Assembly: GCA_000934665.2 (NCBI GenBank)
Contig: JYFJ02000541.1
Location: 62,001-126,000 of the forward strand
Source: Catajapyx aquilonaris
Lineage: Eukaryota
DNA length: 64,000 nt
Direction: 5' to 3'
The notes beneath the pieces were generated by a model. That model saw nothing but the letters and a program-made list of their open reading frames with translations, was not told the origin of the DNA and ran no database searches. Within the stretch, counting starts at the first letter, position 1. The number at the start of each line of letters is the position of its first letter. Below, one piece after another: positions 1 to 14,425 of this stretch. A program made the translations under genes and the position numbers.

Positions 1-40
1 TACATGGTGAACACGGGGTCCTGGGAGGTGGTGAGGAAGT
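1..40 (-). CDS. PAN-domain protein, second coding exon (truncated by window edge)
   Basis: Minus-strand acceptor GCCTTTTTCAG at 51-41. The phase-1 join to the previous exon reads ...AERNP-D-FLTTSQDPVFTMY, continuing the PAN domain (S-Q-x-P-V-F-T-x-Y pattern of arthropod PAN-ZP proteins). Intron 4016-41. Confidence 0.85.
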
Positions 41-3000
41 CTGAAAAAGGCAGCAAAGTGTGAGATCCCACTCGCTCGGCTGTACGGCACAATGAGGAAC
101 ATTATTCATGGGAAGGCCATTGTGGAAAATGCGTGGGGAAAAATTTGCTGTACTGGTTAAACTGGCTGGACGTTTAAGTTGAACGGAAAAAAAAAAATGT
201 ATTGGTGTTGGGTATAGGGAACGAGTTCAATGACGTGATGGATTGATTTGAGTGGTAAATGCCGGAAAGTACAAGGTGGAGGTGCAAGGAAGCCATTTAG
301 TTGGGTTGTCACACTTGCAAAATGAATGGTTCGCTTGTGTTTTATGTAATTGGTTAGTGGTGTCTTGGACGGAAGCATAATTCATAGCCGGCGGCATATC
401 TACCTATTGCGTATTGTACTGTGACTGCACCGGGATCGGCTTGAGTTGTAGGCTATAAATTGCATACTGCGAATTCCGCTATATATGACAATAGGCGTTA
501 CCGAGAGGACACATGAAGAGTGACGTTGTAGGAAGTTTCGAAAACCGTAAACTGATACTTAAATATGCATCAGTTGAGATATTCGAGTTCGCTGTCAGGT
601 ATTTTGTTCCTGTGGCGAGGATTGGCGACGGGACGACCCAAATTGGACATGGTTGCTTTTGACAGGCATCATATTTTTTTTTGTTTGTGGCACACAGCGC
701 ACGTGGTGTGTGACACCTTGCGAATAACGCCATTTTTTCCTCCATACCACACAAGGGACCGTTCCGCAAGTGCGAGTCTTCAAACTTGGTAGTTCAGTAG
801 ATCACCTTACCATAGTTATTTTTACCAAATTCTGTGTAAAGTTTCGAACAAGGTATATGATTTCAAAGTTTTAACATGCACTGTGACCTACTGATACGCA
901 CGTGCGAAAGTCCCGTTCCTCAGTGTGAGACAGCGATACATCGGAAGTTGCAAGTGCGTGAACATTCATCCCTACTACTGAACCCTGCAACGGTCAGTGC
1001 TCATCACCCGAAAAACCTTCCTGGTAATCATCCAACCTGCCCTTCCGCCTTATGCTGGGGGGGCCATTAAACCATCTTGTTTTTTTTTTATTCTCATTTT
1101 TCCGGAAGCGATTGAAGGGCTCGGAGCGAATTATTTTCTCCAACTCGTTTATATATCTCGCAGCGACCATATTGCTGGTCCACCGGTGCTGGTCATCAGG
1201 GCAATTGACCAGGACATCAGACCTGGTGTACGTCCGGGGTCTTCGCCCCAGCGCACCGCCCTCGGTGCATTTCCGCAACTGCCCAGGGGGTGTAATTAGA
1301 TAGTCCGTTTTTGCGATATTCTTTCTGGCAGTTGGGCGAGCGGGTCATGGACCTGGCAGCGTGTATTTTTAATGCGGGATTCCTAATTAAAGCGGGTAAA
1401 ACATGGAGCGCGTTTTTGGTGCGCAATCATGTCGACACGAATACCTACAGAGTCTATTATGTCGTCACGAAAGCGCGCCATATTAATAACCCAATTAAGA
1501 GTGTGCGAATGAAAATGTACGCAATTAGTCTGATGCTTTTTTGGAGAGGGAAATATAGCACTTACACTGCAATTTTTTGGGTAAAAAGGCTGGTGTTATG
1601 ACTAAGGGGCATTCAACCCTAGTTCTTGCACAGAGCAAAGAGAGGTGTTAATTAAAATATTTTCTCCAAAAAGCGGAAGGAGCTGGGGAGCTACGACCAG
1701 GAGCTATTAAGGCAATTTGTGCAGAAATTAATAGCAGCTTCCGTCAAGACGACAGTCGTTTTTTTGTGTGCACATTTTGGCACAAACGAGCGAGGCCAGA
1801 AAAATACGCGATTTATGGGACAACAGTGCATTTTTTGGGGTCCACGACCTAATAAAGAAGGCTGGAGCAAGGAGGAAAAAAACAATCGGCGGAATTTAAA
1901 TCGCCCCCTTGTTTGTCAGCGCTCAATGGCGTTTTATATCCATTACGATAGATATAAAGGTAATTTAGGGCGACTGAAAATGGGTGGGATGAAACGTACT
2001 ATAAATCTCCAGACGGCTAAGATCGTGCCCAGAAATGATTGGCGATACTGAGATTACCGCAGTATATCGGTGCATGACAGCCGCACTGCGATTGTGAGAT
2101 GATTTGTATCAGCCGATATTATTTTGGCATCGGCTGAATATATTGAAACCATAATGCTGTTTATGTATGGCAGGGAATTAATGGATACCGGTTTTACATT
2201 AAATGTTTTATTACATGAAAGCATTTGGATTATTTTTCAAATCAGCAAATAGTATTTGTTACATTAGTTCAAATTAATTATTTAATCTGGGAATTTATTG
2301 GATTTTTCATGCCTATTTATTATTATTTTTTCAATCAGAAATTGCTTAAACTTGGTTGGGCCTGGTTAAACCCTATGAGAGGTAACTGTTGAAGACTCCT
2401 TCTATGTGACCCAGTCTGTGGGTCCAATCAGGTAGTTTGATCTTATGGGTTTCACCCAGGGCAGTTTCGGTGGCAGACGAGGTTATCAAGGCTTTTTGTC
2501 AGGGCGCCGCCGGCGCCAGGGGTTCGGACTATAAGGCTAGATGTTCCACACCCCTCTGCGCAACCCGATGGTCACCCCGGTGTACTGGGAGAACCCGTTT
2601 TTGCGTTGACTTCCTGCTGTGACCTCTGCCCAAGACGGATGGGAGACGGTTCAGCAGCGGGGCCATCGGTCAGGCACATATTGACCATTTCCCGGTACGC
2701 AAGCCCCGTTTAGTTTTGTTGGCAAAATCTCCTAATATTAGCATAAATGCGCGATTTCATGCAAAGTACGGGGGGATCAAGACATTAAAAATTCTCAACG
2801 GATTTGTCATGTCTGATCATGTGCATATGCGCACTTGTAAATCGCACATTCCCATTCAGGTTACGAGGGTTGCAGCGGAATAATCTCGCTGGGCCATCAT
2901 GACGGTGCAGCCCCCGTATCATGCATTCGAAACAGTCGAACTGTACAACGTGGAAACTTGCTATAGAGTCTCCTTTTTCGGTGCCTTAAAAAGCACTGGT

Positions 3001-4016
3001 GGACAAATGACTTGTTCAGAAACTAGAACTTGAAACAGGTTTAGTTTTAACACCGGGCGTAAAAAGTAACGCTGCCAACTCTGAAATAGGACCAGGTAGC
3101 AGCCACATCAGGTATTCGAAGCTAATGAAGCAAAAATACCAGATTGTCCAACGCTTGGTATTTGGCTGACATACAACCATTTTACATAATCCAGCTGGCT
3201 ACCTTCAAGCGTGAGTACCTCTTCTGAATGGACCTTTATCTAAACGGCTTCAACTTGACAACCAGAATTCTGCATGCGTACTGTTCGCAGTGACAGCTTC
3301 TTGCACGGAAGCATCGGAATCAGGAATCGCAGGTTTTCATGTGTGTGTAACACGCAATTTGTTGAGAATGCAGCGCCTGGAGTGTGTACAAAGAGACTCT
3401 TTTAAAATAAGATCCGGGTAGGGATGATGTGTCTTTGGAAAATTACCCCGCAATAGAAACCGGCTAATTCCAACCATTATTACAATTTTAAATCACTCGC
3501 TGTTACTGGCAGCCTGCCCTTAGGAACATGCAGCTTTTTACGTACCAGAATCGTTAATAAGATATTAGGGCCTCTTCAGACCCCAATCGAATAACCCATC
3601 ACCGTAATTATCCAATCGGCAATTTAGGCCTGAGGGATCGGATGGTATCTAAAGGCGTAGCCGACGTCAGAATGTGGAGCTTATTCTTTTGCACAAATCG
3701 GAGTGCTTCCTCCTTAGAAGCCGTTGACACCTCCCATCCTATACAGAGTTGAATAACCCGCATCAACCCGGTGACATTAACCGGTACTGCACTTTTAGTC
3801 GGCAATAAAACGGCCGTTAATCCAGTTTTACCATGGGTGGCCGGCACTGATTGACTGCTCACTCTAGAGGTGCCATTATTGCGTGATTACTCGAGAGATG
3901 TCGCACTGGTCTGCGAGTGATTGCCCGCTCGCTCAACAGATGTCGCTCTACCCAGCGATTTGTTAGATGTCGCTAGTGCGTTAATTTCGAGAGTGATTTC
4001 AAAAGTGAAAACTGAC

Positions 4017-4317
4017 CTGGATTTCTCTCTGCGTCTGATGAGAATAGGACGCAGTAGCCAGTCTCGTAGTTGGCTGCTCGACAGGAGGCGTTCTGCCGGC
4101 ATAGTTCCATGCAGTCGCTGAGCATGAGCGTGTCCGGATGCGAGTCCATCATGTCCGCTGGAGATGCGAACACGTACCCGGTGATCAGCTCGTAGGTGAG
4201 CGAATCCAGCGGACAGGGGTCATTTCGGGCTAAAGGGTAAGGGTGGCGTCTGACTCCGGACGACTCGTTGGCGCATAGGATGACCAGCACGGCCAGCAAC
4301 TTGACGTGGGTCAGCAT
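4017..4317 (-). CDS. Secreted PAN/Apple-domain protein (cuticle/apical ECM PAN-ZP type), first coding exon
   Basis: ATG at 4317 followed by a hydrophobic signal peptide (MLTHVKLLAVLVILCANESSG). It then encodes a PAN_1-like Cys pattern: C..YELITGYVFASPADMMDSHPDTLMLSDCMELCRQNASCRAANYETGYCVLFSS. Upstream is a polypyrimidine tract with a CAGCAG acceptor at 4339-4334. The exon ends in donor CCAG|GTCAGT (intron starts 4016, phase 1). A ZP domain is inferred from family resemblance and is not seen in the window. Confidence 0.9.
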
Positions 4318-7300
4318 GCTGGCTGGTTTTAAACTGCTGGGGAGGAAAGAAATTAGAGAGTCACGTTGGTGTAATTATCAGGAGTGAATTTTTGTAATGA
4401 TATGTGGACATACTCGGGGGGCATTAACGGTTAAAAAATTAGGAAGTTTTGGTGTGGGGGTGTAGAGGAAGCAGGAAACGCGGGTGGTTAATTGTCGTGG
4501 AGGAGGTATGTAACGGACTTGGCAGGTTTTACAGCGCCGGGGAGGATGACATTCGGGAGATTACATCTTTCCAGCAGGCCTCTTGACTCGGTCGTTCTGC
4601 TGAGTTGTCGTGAAGTTGTGGAGGAATTAATTCCACGTGGCCCCTTGTTGCGTTATTTTATGGGGCTTTTTGAATACGATTGGCATAGCCAGTTTAATGC
4701 GATTTTAAAGAGAAGCGGATGGCGTCATACCATTGTTGTAATTGCTGAGGAAGCTACAATAACAGTGGTAGACAATGCCGATGCCATTCACCTCTCTTAT
4801 ATTATTTGGTGTTAATTCCTTCTCTAAATTATTCATATATAGTGGTCTTCACTTGTCCAATGCATGAGAAGGAATATGTTCTCCAAATTCATTAAATCAA
4901 GTACACAATTTAGGTACTTTTTCCGTAGTATTGATGTATGTATTCAAATCAATAGTAAAATTACAGAATTGCATTATGTAGCGAGTTGAAACATGATTGT
5001 TCTACTGTAAGTACATAAACAACTGCAAAAAAGATGGTAAGAAAGTAAAGGGCAGTAATGATATTTGCGCACTGTTAGACAATTCGCGGACGAGTCTGAG
5101 AAGGAAACTCGTTAAAACGTTGGTACAGTTAGCAGGAAACGTTAGTATACGGGCATTGATGAAAGGAAAAGTACTATAGCATTCAGGTGCCATACAGAAC
5201 TGTGCTAGTGAGATATGTCCATCAGACTATGGCACTCATTACGGAGATGTACAGTTTCTCGTTTCTCATTCAGTGTGCCGCGGTATATCTTGGCATCGTT
5301 TCTACATGTACGGTACAAGACTTCGTTAGAAGAAAATAATGACGCTTGTCTAAAATCACACCGGGGATCTTACCAATTTCTAACAATGGGCTTAATATGT
5401 GGCAATTTTCGTGCCGGTTCTGTCGTGTATCCACGTGGTTCACGCATATTAAATTGTTCCATGAACCAGAAAAAAAACATGAGAACCTATGTCGCGACCA
5501 TGTACACCCGCATGGGGTTATGTAATGAACGTAAAAAAATGTAAAAGTAATAAAAATGCATGTTATTCATCCTGAGAGAATGCTATGGGCATATCTACCC
5601 CTTTTGCCATTTTGTATACAATATAATTCTCGGTCTGTTCTGAAATCGCTTGAGAGAATCTGGGAATATGTTACGGCACGTTCTGAGCAGATGCGCGAGT
5701 TTACCAAAGTGCAGGTGACGTGATGATGGTTATCGCAGTAAAATAAGGCGGTTGTATTTCACTTTGCTTCCTCGGTGTACCGTTATATATAACTTCGGTT
5801 TTTACTGTTCAAATCTGAACTCTTCATTGTATGAGAAGCCCTACGGTTGATTATGTCACTCCTCCGCCCCTTTTATCTCGGAGCCCATTGTTTTCGGTTA
5901 CAGGAAGAAGGAGTTAAGCCTTTTTGAATATATTTTTTGTGCTGAAATCTGCACAATTCTTGGCGTGCGTAGGTTTTCCCGGAGAACCACGGATTTTGAT
6001 GGGCAAGACCCCGCAAGGCTTCCTCAATCTTTCATATTTTTTTTTCCCTATCCCGCCTTCCATATTATACATTATACAAGTTACGTGCCTTGGCAACGAG
6101 AGTACAAGGTACTTCTCACCGCACCTTGTCAGCACGAAAGCCTCGAACATACTCAAAAGGCCCTTTTTGCACTTTCATAAAAGTGGGCTCGCGACATGGA
6201 ATTCTAATGAGGCTTGCTCCTGGAAAGACCTGAGGGAGTATAAATCAAGCTGTGGTACGTTGTACCTGCTAATTAAGCACATCAGAAGAATGGCTCAAGT
6301 GCATCGGTCCTAAGTCCGGTTTTTAAAATTAGTCAATCACCAGCTTGTCAGGAGGTTGCCAATCAAGTTGCTGTTTCCGGACATCAGCGCCCTTTGCCCC
6401 GAGGCGGCCCTTAGTCTGCAATATGCACATTCATGTTCATGGAGGCCATCTGGAAAACCCAGCGATAATCTTACTTGCGATGCAGCCAATTAATCAGCAC
6501 ATTGAACGTGACCATCGCGTCTCATTTGCAAAAACGGCAAAAAAGATCCGTTTCAAGCCGTTACGAATCACGTCGTCGTCATGTCCAAATATTGCATTCC
6601 TGGTAGAACCTTTGACATAAAAGTGGTGGTGTCCGTTATGAAGAAGCCTGTCAAGTGCACACCTTGATGGCGTCCGGGCCACGAGATTCGGCCATGATCG
6701 TGGACTTCGTTATTTCATAGCGTGACTTCGAAGAAGCGACATCTCGATCGCCCTAGACTCCCAAGTAATGAGGTATGGTAATAACGCAAAAGCGTCACGA
6801 GCTGGAATTTTTGTGCGGCGTGCCATTAATTACACCATCGCACTTTCTCTGCAAAGAACAAATGAGAGAATCCGTGGGTCCGTGTCCATGTTGGGAACAG
6901 CTCAAGGACGGAGTTGGAAGACGTGCGAGATAACCCTTGTCCGGACACAATAGTAGCATATGAAGCATTCCCATGTTAACCCGTGTCCGGTAACTCATTA
7001 ATCAGGGGAGGACGCGCGTAAAAAAAATAGGGAGGGCTTTGTGGACGCACAATGGCATCATTTTATCGAGATTAATGTCCTAGAGCAGAGTCGTTAGTGG
7101 GTGAGAAATGTTGAGAAGCCCCGGGGTCACCCACGGGAGTGAACTCGCTGTGAATGATACAGAATCATAACTTGGGGTGGTCACGATGGCCGCACCTTAG
7201 CTTTAGTCATGATGAACTACTAAACGAGACATTGTCCCACGGCACGGATTATTTTCTTTCAGCGTCATGAGCCATCAGACATCAGGGTACACTGCGTATA

Positions 7301-10300
7301 TGCCAAGTGGAAGAGGGACAAAAAAAATTGAAGAAATATTTGTGTCATGTGGCACAAATCGTGTGAATATGGCACAATTCTCGAGGCACAAAATTGATTA
7401 TTATGCCTCTTCCATGAGGCACGCAATCATATGAGCCTATCACGGAAAGTGCAAGTAAATAAATATATAAATTGAAGGTTTAGGAACCAGTTCGTTCTTT
7501 TATGGTTTCCTTCTGACATTATATTCCAGATTGTAAGGTGGAATTTCTTCCGGCAATTTTGCAAAATGCGTCAAAGTTATATAGCGGTAATTCGATTTTA
7601 CAGCTGTGAAGTGGGAATGGGCACCTATACCGCGATTGAAAGAATGTCACCGTTACTCCCTGGTAGCCCTCTCAAGGTGCGCTAAGCAGTAGCACAGAAT
7701 TTTCCGAAAGAATTGTTCGCGAACTAGTTTTTTCCCCGCGAGATAAAATGTTTCGGTCAGTTGTTTTTCGCCAGAGGTCTGCCAAACTTAACATCAATGG
7801 AAGGATGTAGAGTTGCCTGAAGCGAAAGTGATTATTAAACTTATTATTACGAATCGTTGGAATTGCAGCGCTAAGTACCGTATAGGTTCAAATGAAAGTT
7901 GCTTCGGTATAACATTTAAGATCGATCTGTCTTTTGTGCTATGGGCCGTGAGAAATTTCCGCCTGTTTCCTTCGCTAGTCTATCGCATTCAGGTGTGCCG
8001 TCACGACTGTGCACTATTAATTCTTATTCCTCACACATGCAGGCATCCGAATGGTGAATTACACTTCCATTCTTGTGTTTCCTTCCACCTTAGTGAGTCA
8101 CTCTCTCGTAGGTGAATTCAACGCCCGAATCGAACAGGTCCTGCCGGTTGCATTCATACCTGGAAGTCACCGCTGGGGACAAATGACCGCGAGGGCGTGC
8201 CATGTTTGAAGTTCCAGGAAGCACATGTGCCAATGACGATGCAGTATGGTCCCTGTGCAAAAGTCCGGTTCCGCTTGGCCGACTGTTTGTTCGTCTTTTC
8301 TGCAGAACCGAGCAAGATGGGGCTGAGAAAACCATGTTGAGATACCGACCGAGGGCAATTTGTTTCACCAGTTACAACTTAGTACCACTAACTCTATCTT
8401 CCTTCCGGTTTGATATCTGAGGCTGCGTGAAGCGGAAGCCACGAGGGTGCGCAGGCATCACGCGTGTCAAAGGTGGCTTCGTCACGAGTGCAGCCAAGGA
8501 ACCCTCAAAAACTTCTGTGCATTGTGGGAAAGAAAACCCCCCTTCCAAGTTGAGAAATGGAGGATTGATGGTCGAAATGAGGAACGTGTGATGAAGATTC
8601 TCACGCTTGTATAATAAGTTGTTGGAGCGCTATGCTTTCATGCTCATCGGATTCCTTTCTGGTTTCTTGTGAAGGGTGAGCACTGGAGTGTGATTTTCAG
8701 GACCGTAACAAGAAGTGATAGGAGAGGCGGGTTTGATTCTTTATCTGGTATATTAAGAATGGAACCCGGATTTCATACTGTGGGGTGATCTGCAATTTGT
8801 ATGCTGTGCTTATATCCGATGCGTAACACTACATAATTTCACACCTGCAGATTAGTTTTTTGAACAGGCTGAACCAGCATACTGGTGAATCACGATATGT
8901 TTTTATCAAAATAGCCGTTACTTTGGACTTGCGAGGTGAATTACTAATCCCAGCTATATCCTCAGGAAAGACACATGAGCACGGAGCAATAACTTTCTCC
9001 TTATCATAGGTTGGGTCTCAGCTTGTGCCTCGTGTGCTAATGTATTTCTCACGATTATCTGCTCCCGCAAGTGTTAAAATTATCATCTTACAGGTTGTCC
9101 CAATCCGTTAGCCCCCTCGAATTAGGACCGGCACATCAAGCCGGGGGGTCCAATTCGAGCATTTTGTGACGTCGGTAAATTCATAGAGGGTTGTGCCGAA
9201 ACGAAAACTGAAATAAATAAGGAGGATGGACGGGCTGTGATGATTAGGGATTCACGAGTACTGTTTGCTATTTAGTCGTGGAATACTAATGCAGATGGTA
9301 TCAGCAAACCATGAGTGGATAGGTTTGACATCTGGGCGGTTGTTTCCTAGCTCCGTACATCTGTAATTGGACAGGTACACGAACTAATTTGCGGAAAATG
9401 CAACGAGCTGTCTGGGATATCTGCCAAACATCAATTGCACCTATTACAGTGCACTAATTAAGGTTCGGGTGGTCTGCCCATCACCTGGCGGGGGATGTAT
9501 CTACAGGTAATTGGGGCACTGGAAAATGAAGCGATTTAACAACTTTACACCTACGAAAGCACGTCACTCATATCCAATCATCGCGGTGCTCTGATTTCCA
9601 GCTTTTTTTGTTACCTTTCACGGTTCAGGTATGTCCCGTGAAAGTGATGGCTTGTAGGTTAACTATTAGACGCTTGCGCCTTGCTTTTTGGAATTTCTTA
9701 ATTGCCACGGTATCTGATGGAGACGTAAGTAATCAGGGGGATTCTTCCCAATCTTCATGACCCGAAATCACGCAAGTATAACTAGGAATCTACACTATAT
9801 GGTTAATTCTGGGCGTATTTTCACATTCGAATAGTTCGTTTTAATTGGTGTAACAGCTGACTTTCAGTGACTTGATGTATCGCAAGTACACGAGTAAAAT
9901 AGCGATCATGAGGAAGCGTACAATTAGGTAGGGATACTCACACGAAAACAAAATTTATGCTTGTCACAGTCCGAGTTGCAGAAAATATTTTTCGTTGTTA
10001 ATGAGTTTATCTACGAGACGGATCTGAGATTGCGGAGGTGCTTTACACCGTGATTGTGCGTCATATCCTGTGGAGCACTCATACCTTGACCTGGCCCTCG
10101 GGAAAAATGCATTCACATTCTGGTCACTATACCGGCGGGTATTCATGCTGATGTTCAAAAATAACCGATTGTGTCGGATGATAACGTCACCAGTAACACC
10201 TCACTCTGAATACAGTAAAACAATTTAACTGCCTAAGGGTGATGTTGGCACTTGGTTGAGATTTTTGCAAACGGCAGCACAAATAAATTTTTAACATCCC

Positions 10301-12438
10301 GTAAATGCATGGTGTACGGGATAATATACAAGTCCGAAATGATTGAATCGAGAATGTGCGAACACGTTGTAAATTCACGACTTCTCACATTTATCGTGAC
10401 TAATTACTTTATTACGTTCGTGATTTAGAGCCGTAATAATGTAATAAGCTGGCATTAAAAAAAAGTTACTGGACGATTAAAAACATCGTCCTGCATGTAA
10501 TTCTCGATCCATGACAGTGTCCCCCGCAGGAGTTAATAAATGGGCATTTTTCAATTCCTCCCCCCCCCTCCCCCCCACCCCTCCCCCNCTTGTACCTGTT
10601 GGAAGCTTCAGGCCATGAAAGCGAACAATAGATGCCAAAGGCTTATTTGGCGTCCGTATTCATGCGAGCAAGTTCTGGACGACACCTCCTGTATCGGATC
10701 CTTTATGATGCCGATCACAATGGGTATGGCATGGGCCTCTGAACAAACGGCGTGCCCGGTTTGTCACACCCCCGCCGGGACACTGACACGTGCCCTCCAA
10801 AGTTGATATTGGACCAGTCAGGTGGTTCACTTATATGTCTTGTCCATTGTTGAAGGTTGGCTTCAGGCAGAAGGAAGCGGAAGACTCCAGGTTTCCCATC
10901 TGGCTATATGAATTCTATGACTGAATGTCTGAATGGATAAAAAAAGATGGCCATCATGTGCGTGACTTCGCTGGCTGTGGACCAGGCCTCCGTGAAATGT
11001 CAAAACCGCCTAACTGGCTATTTTGGCCATTTTGATCAGGTGCGGCTGTGGTAGATTTTTTTTTTAAAAGCTACTAGTGGTGGGATATACCGTACCAAAA
11101 ATGGTGTATGTTGAACTTCATAAAATTTCATGCAGGTCTAGCCCGTTACAGTCAAGTACAAGTGATGGTCATTTACACCTGCACGATACTTTGTATAGAA
11201 GTAAATGGTTAAGATTTGAGTGGGACTTGAAGGAAATGGCTAGAAAATTACGCGCCTTAAACATTGTCTAGCAATTTCTGAGCATGAATGAGCGATAAAT
11301 AATGTTGCTGGGCAGATGATGGGCAATTTCCAGTCGTTTTAGGTTTGCAATTAGCCAATTGCACTTTGCTGACTTTTCTTGCTCAGAGGCGTGGCATGCA
11401 ATAAAAATGTAATTTCTCCAGCAGTTTCCTGAATCATTCGTCTTTAAAAATAATGCAGAGGTGCACCCAAGTGCAAAAGTGGGTATGCAAATATCAGGTG
11501 CACGTCACTCCCCGGGGGGCTAAAATTCCTACTAAAACGGGACTTTTTTTTTTCCTTCGTCGTCGTCTTCTCTCACCATCTGCACATAGCGTGCGTAGGA
11601 TCGTATACCCATCAAAAGTGCCTTCCTGATTACATAAAGGCGCCGTCCATCCCCAAAAACGCTCGTGGCAGACCAATATTTCTCCATTGCCGTCACGACC
11701 ACAATAGTCGAACGGACCACACCACCTTTAGCGGTAGAGTGACCAAGTTATTGGCCGGGAATTGAAACTGGATGGCCTTTGACTCCTACACGTATATGAT
11801 GGGTCAGATGGGTAGTGGGTTAGTGTGGGCCAAAGAGGAATGAACCGGGGGGACAAGTCCACTTTGCTCTAGTGATTTTCTGACTGAGGGGGCGTGAGAA
11901 ATGGAGTGCCGCCCGCCGTTACTCAAATATCAAGATCGCTTTCGGGGGGGGGACCTCTGGAGTTCATGGTCGTTCAATGAGCGATAAGTATTGCACGTGC
12001 GCTGCACTGTACGGAGACGGTTATTCAGTAGCTGCCCCACTTCTTTTTTACAGTTGTCGGAGTAATGATACTTACAAGATCAAGGGCTAGCCGTTAGCTC
12101 CACTGACCTGGGGGTGGTCAGGAGACAAACGATGGGGTCAGAAAGATGACCCTCACGAGTGACCTCTTAGATGAGAGAATTATTTGCCCGATTCCGGAGA
12201 TGTAGGGTTAACTGCTTTCAACTCCCCACAGTTTAGAGTCGGTTTGTTTTCCAGGTTTGGTTTTGTGACCTACCGTGCAAAGTAGGTATGTCTTACAGTA
12301 ATGGTGTGCCAAATATCGAATGGAAACTGCTATTCGGCATTTTGCGATATATAAAATTGTTGGCCCAAATTGCACGAACAGCGAACGTGAAATTTTGTAA
12401 TTATTTCATCCGGATGGTTATTATAATAAAAATAATTA

Positions 12439-12625
12439 AAGTAGGTGTAGTCGGTCTAAATTGCATGTACAGTACTCCAAGCATTGCCTAATAAATTTAG
12501 AAATAATTTTGTACGGATGATTATTTTTTTAAATATAACAATACAAGTAGGTGGAGCTGGTTCGTGCAGGACGCCAAGCATTGCCAATAAATTTGGCAAT
12601 AATATCGTACGGCCGGTTATTTTTG
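12439..12625 (+). repeat. Degenerate ~100-bp tandem duplication
   Basis: Two copies of AAGTAGGTG...CCAAGCATTGCC(T)AATAAATTT.G.AATAAT.T.GTACGG...TTATTTTT. Confidence 0.75.
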
Positions 12626-13152
12626 AAGCCATTTGGCATTTTTAGCTAGTATGTCCTGGCATTGAAACAGTGTTGCGTGAACACACGCGTACAATTACCA
12701 CGTCCATTACACTTTATGCTGCACGCTAGAGCGCGGTCACATCAGATCATTCCACCCCTAGTGCACCGAACTGGTCCATAAATGGGCTCGCAATATTCGG
12801 CAAAATTGCGCAAATTCCACGGCACCCTCTGTGATCCGGGCTATTAATCCTTTTCAAGGACGCCGATTTAATTACCGATTTTTGATGGAGGGTAACGGCC
12901 ACCAGGTTTTCCCGTTAGGTTTTGCGAAACTCCTGAGAAGAATGGATGCACCCAACTTGATGACTTGGCAAATGCCTGAGACTTTTGACGTAACGAGCCA
13001 GCCGGAAACAGGACCGTCGTAAAAATTTTGAGCAAAACGCAACAATGGTCAAAGAAGAGTGAAATTGGTTGGTCTGAAAAAAAAAAGATCGCACGGTTTG
13101 TTGGATCGAATCGAATCGGTGGATGCTGCTGAGGAACACTTCGGCTGAGAGA

Positions 13153-13186
13153 GTCCACGGATGTGACCGTCCACGGATGTGACCGT
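13153..13186 (+). repeat. Exact 16-bp tandem duplication
   Basis: GTCCACGGATGTGACC occurs twice, followed by GT. Confidence 0.95.
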
Positions 13187-14412
13187 AGCCTCTTAATTAG
13201 ATAAGAGGAAATCTGCCTAAGTTGCCACCTATTTTTTGTGGGTCTGAGGTTGACGCTCTTTCATCACCTGGGACTGGTGAAGAAAGCATGAAGGATGATT
13301 TTGTAAGGAAAATAACAGACACCTTCATCAGGTGTGAAGAGTAGCCGGAGTGAAAGCTATCCAAGGCCGTATAAAACGGATTACACGAACATTTTGGGTC
13401 ACGTAGGTTGAAGGATGACATAGGGAGTTGACGCTGATTGTGTTATGACGCGGCCTTGACGGAGGCCTCGTGGTGAAGAATTGCTGTTTTGTCGCGATTT
13501 TTTTGTGATGGCGGGGGCGGTCGGAAGAATTGGACGCAGTTGAAGGACCTGAATAATATGTCCAGTGGGTCGTGCCTGAGCGCCCTCGTGTGAAGGAACA
13601 TCTGTTTTGTACGGACTTCCGCGACAATTCCGAAATGGAACGGTTTTCCATCGGACCACTTAGAGGTTGGAACCCATTTTCAGGGTGTTTCAGAAGACAG
13701 TGCACAAGTTGACAAAGTGAGCATGGACTGTGAAATATTTCGAGCGGGAAACATCGGTTTTTGGACATCTTGAAGATGGACTTTAAAAAAAAAACTTTTG
13801 GTAAAGAGGAAGCTACGATTTAGTCACGTTTTAATTCGCGATTAGTTTTACTTCTCTGACGTGTTACGCGACTAAGGTGCGAAAAAAGTCCATTTGCCAG
13901 TCCTTGTGAGAGATAAGCAGCTATGGGCACTTTAGACAAGGGGTCGCCTGAATTACGCCCACTTTCCATTACTTTTATCTCTACTCGTAACATTCTTACA
14001 GAAAGCACTTTTCGAGCGGCGCGGAAAAACAATAGGTTAGGTACAAGTGCAGTACAAAAAAAATTATTGCATGACAAGAAACAACGACAGGTCCCGATTA
14101 CCATCAACTTGTCGATTAATTGGAAGGCAGAAAATATTAGGCGACCCATCATTTTAAAGGATGTAAAAAAAAGGGGTGCGTTTTTTTTTCTACAGAAAAC
14201 AGGAGGCATTGTTCCCTTCGATTCACCTTTTCAAAGCACTACTGCTTCCCTCGTACACTAATATTATTAATTCCCACCAATCCAAGAAGAGGTCGGCCAT
14301 CTGGCTCACCTCAAGTAGCCAATGGCCACCGACAATTTTTTTTTTCCATCCTAGCCACCCGGGGACTCCCAAACTCAATAATGTTTCTACTGGAATCCCA
14401 GGGGTAATAGAA

Positions 14413-14425
14413 GGGTCATTGCACT
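14413..14425 (+). promoter_or_regulatory. IR1 ecdysone-response-element-like site
   Basis: GGGTCA-T-TGCACT fits the EcR/USP IR1 consensus typified by the hsp27 EcRE GGTTCAATGCACT. It lies upstream of, or in the first intron of, the PAN gene. Confidence 0.35.

Noticed and set aside
994..1278. 94-aa minus-strand ORF on the same strand as the PAN gene
   Set aside because: It lies in the intron between two exons that already join in frame (4017 to 40), and it has no recognisable domain.
10557..10590. C-rich tract with an N at 10588
   Set aside because: A low-quality homopolymer-rich stretch, most likely a sequencing ambiguity rather than a feature.
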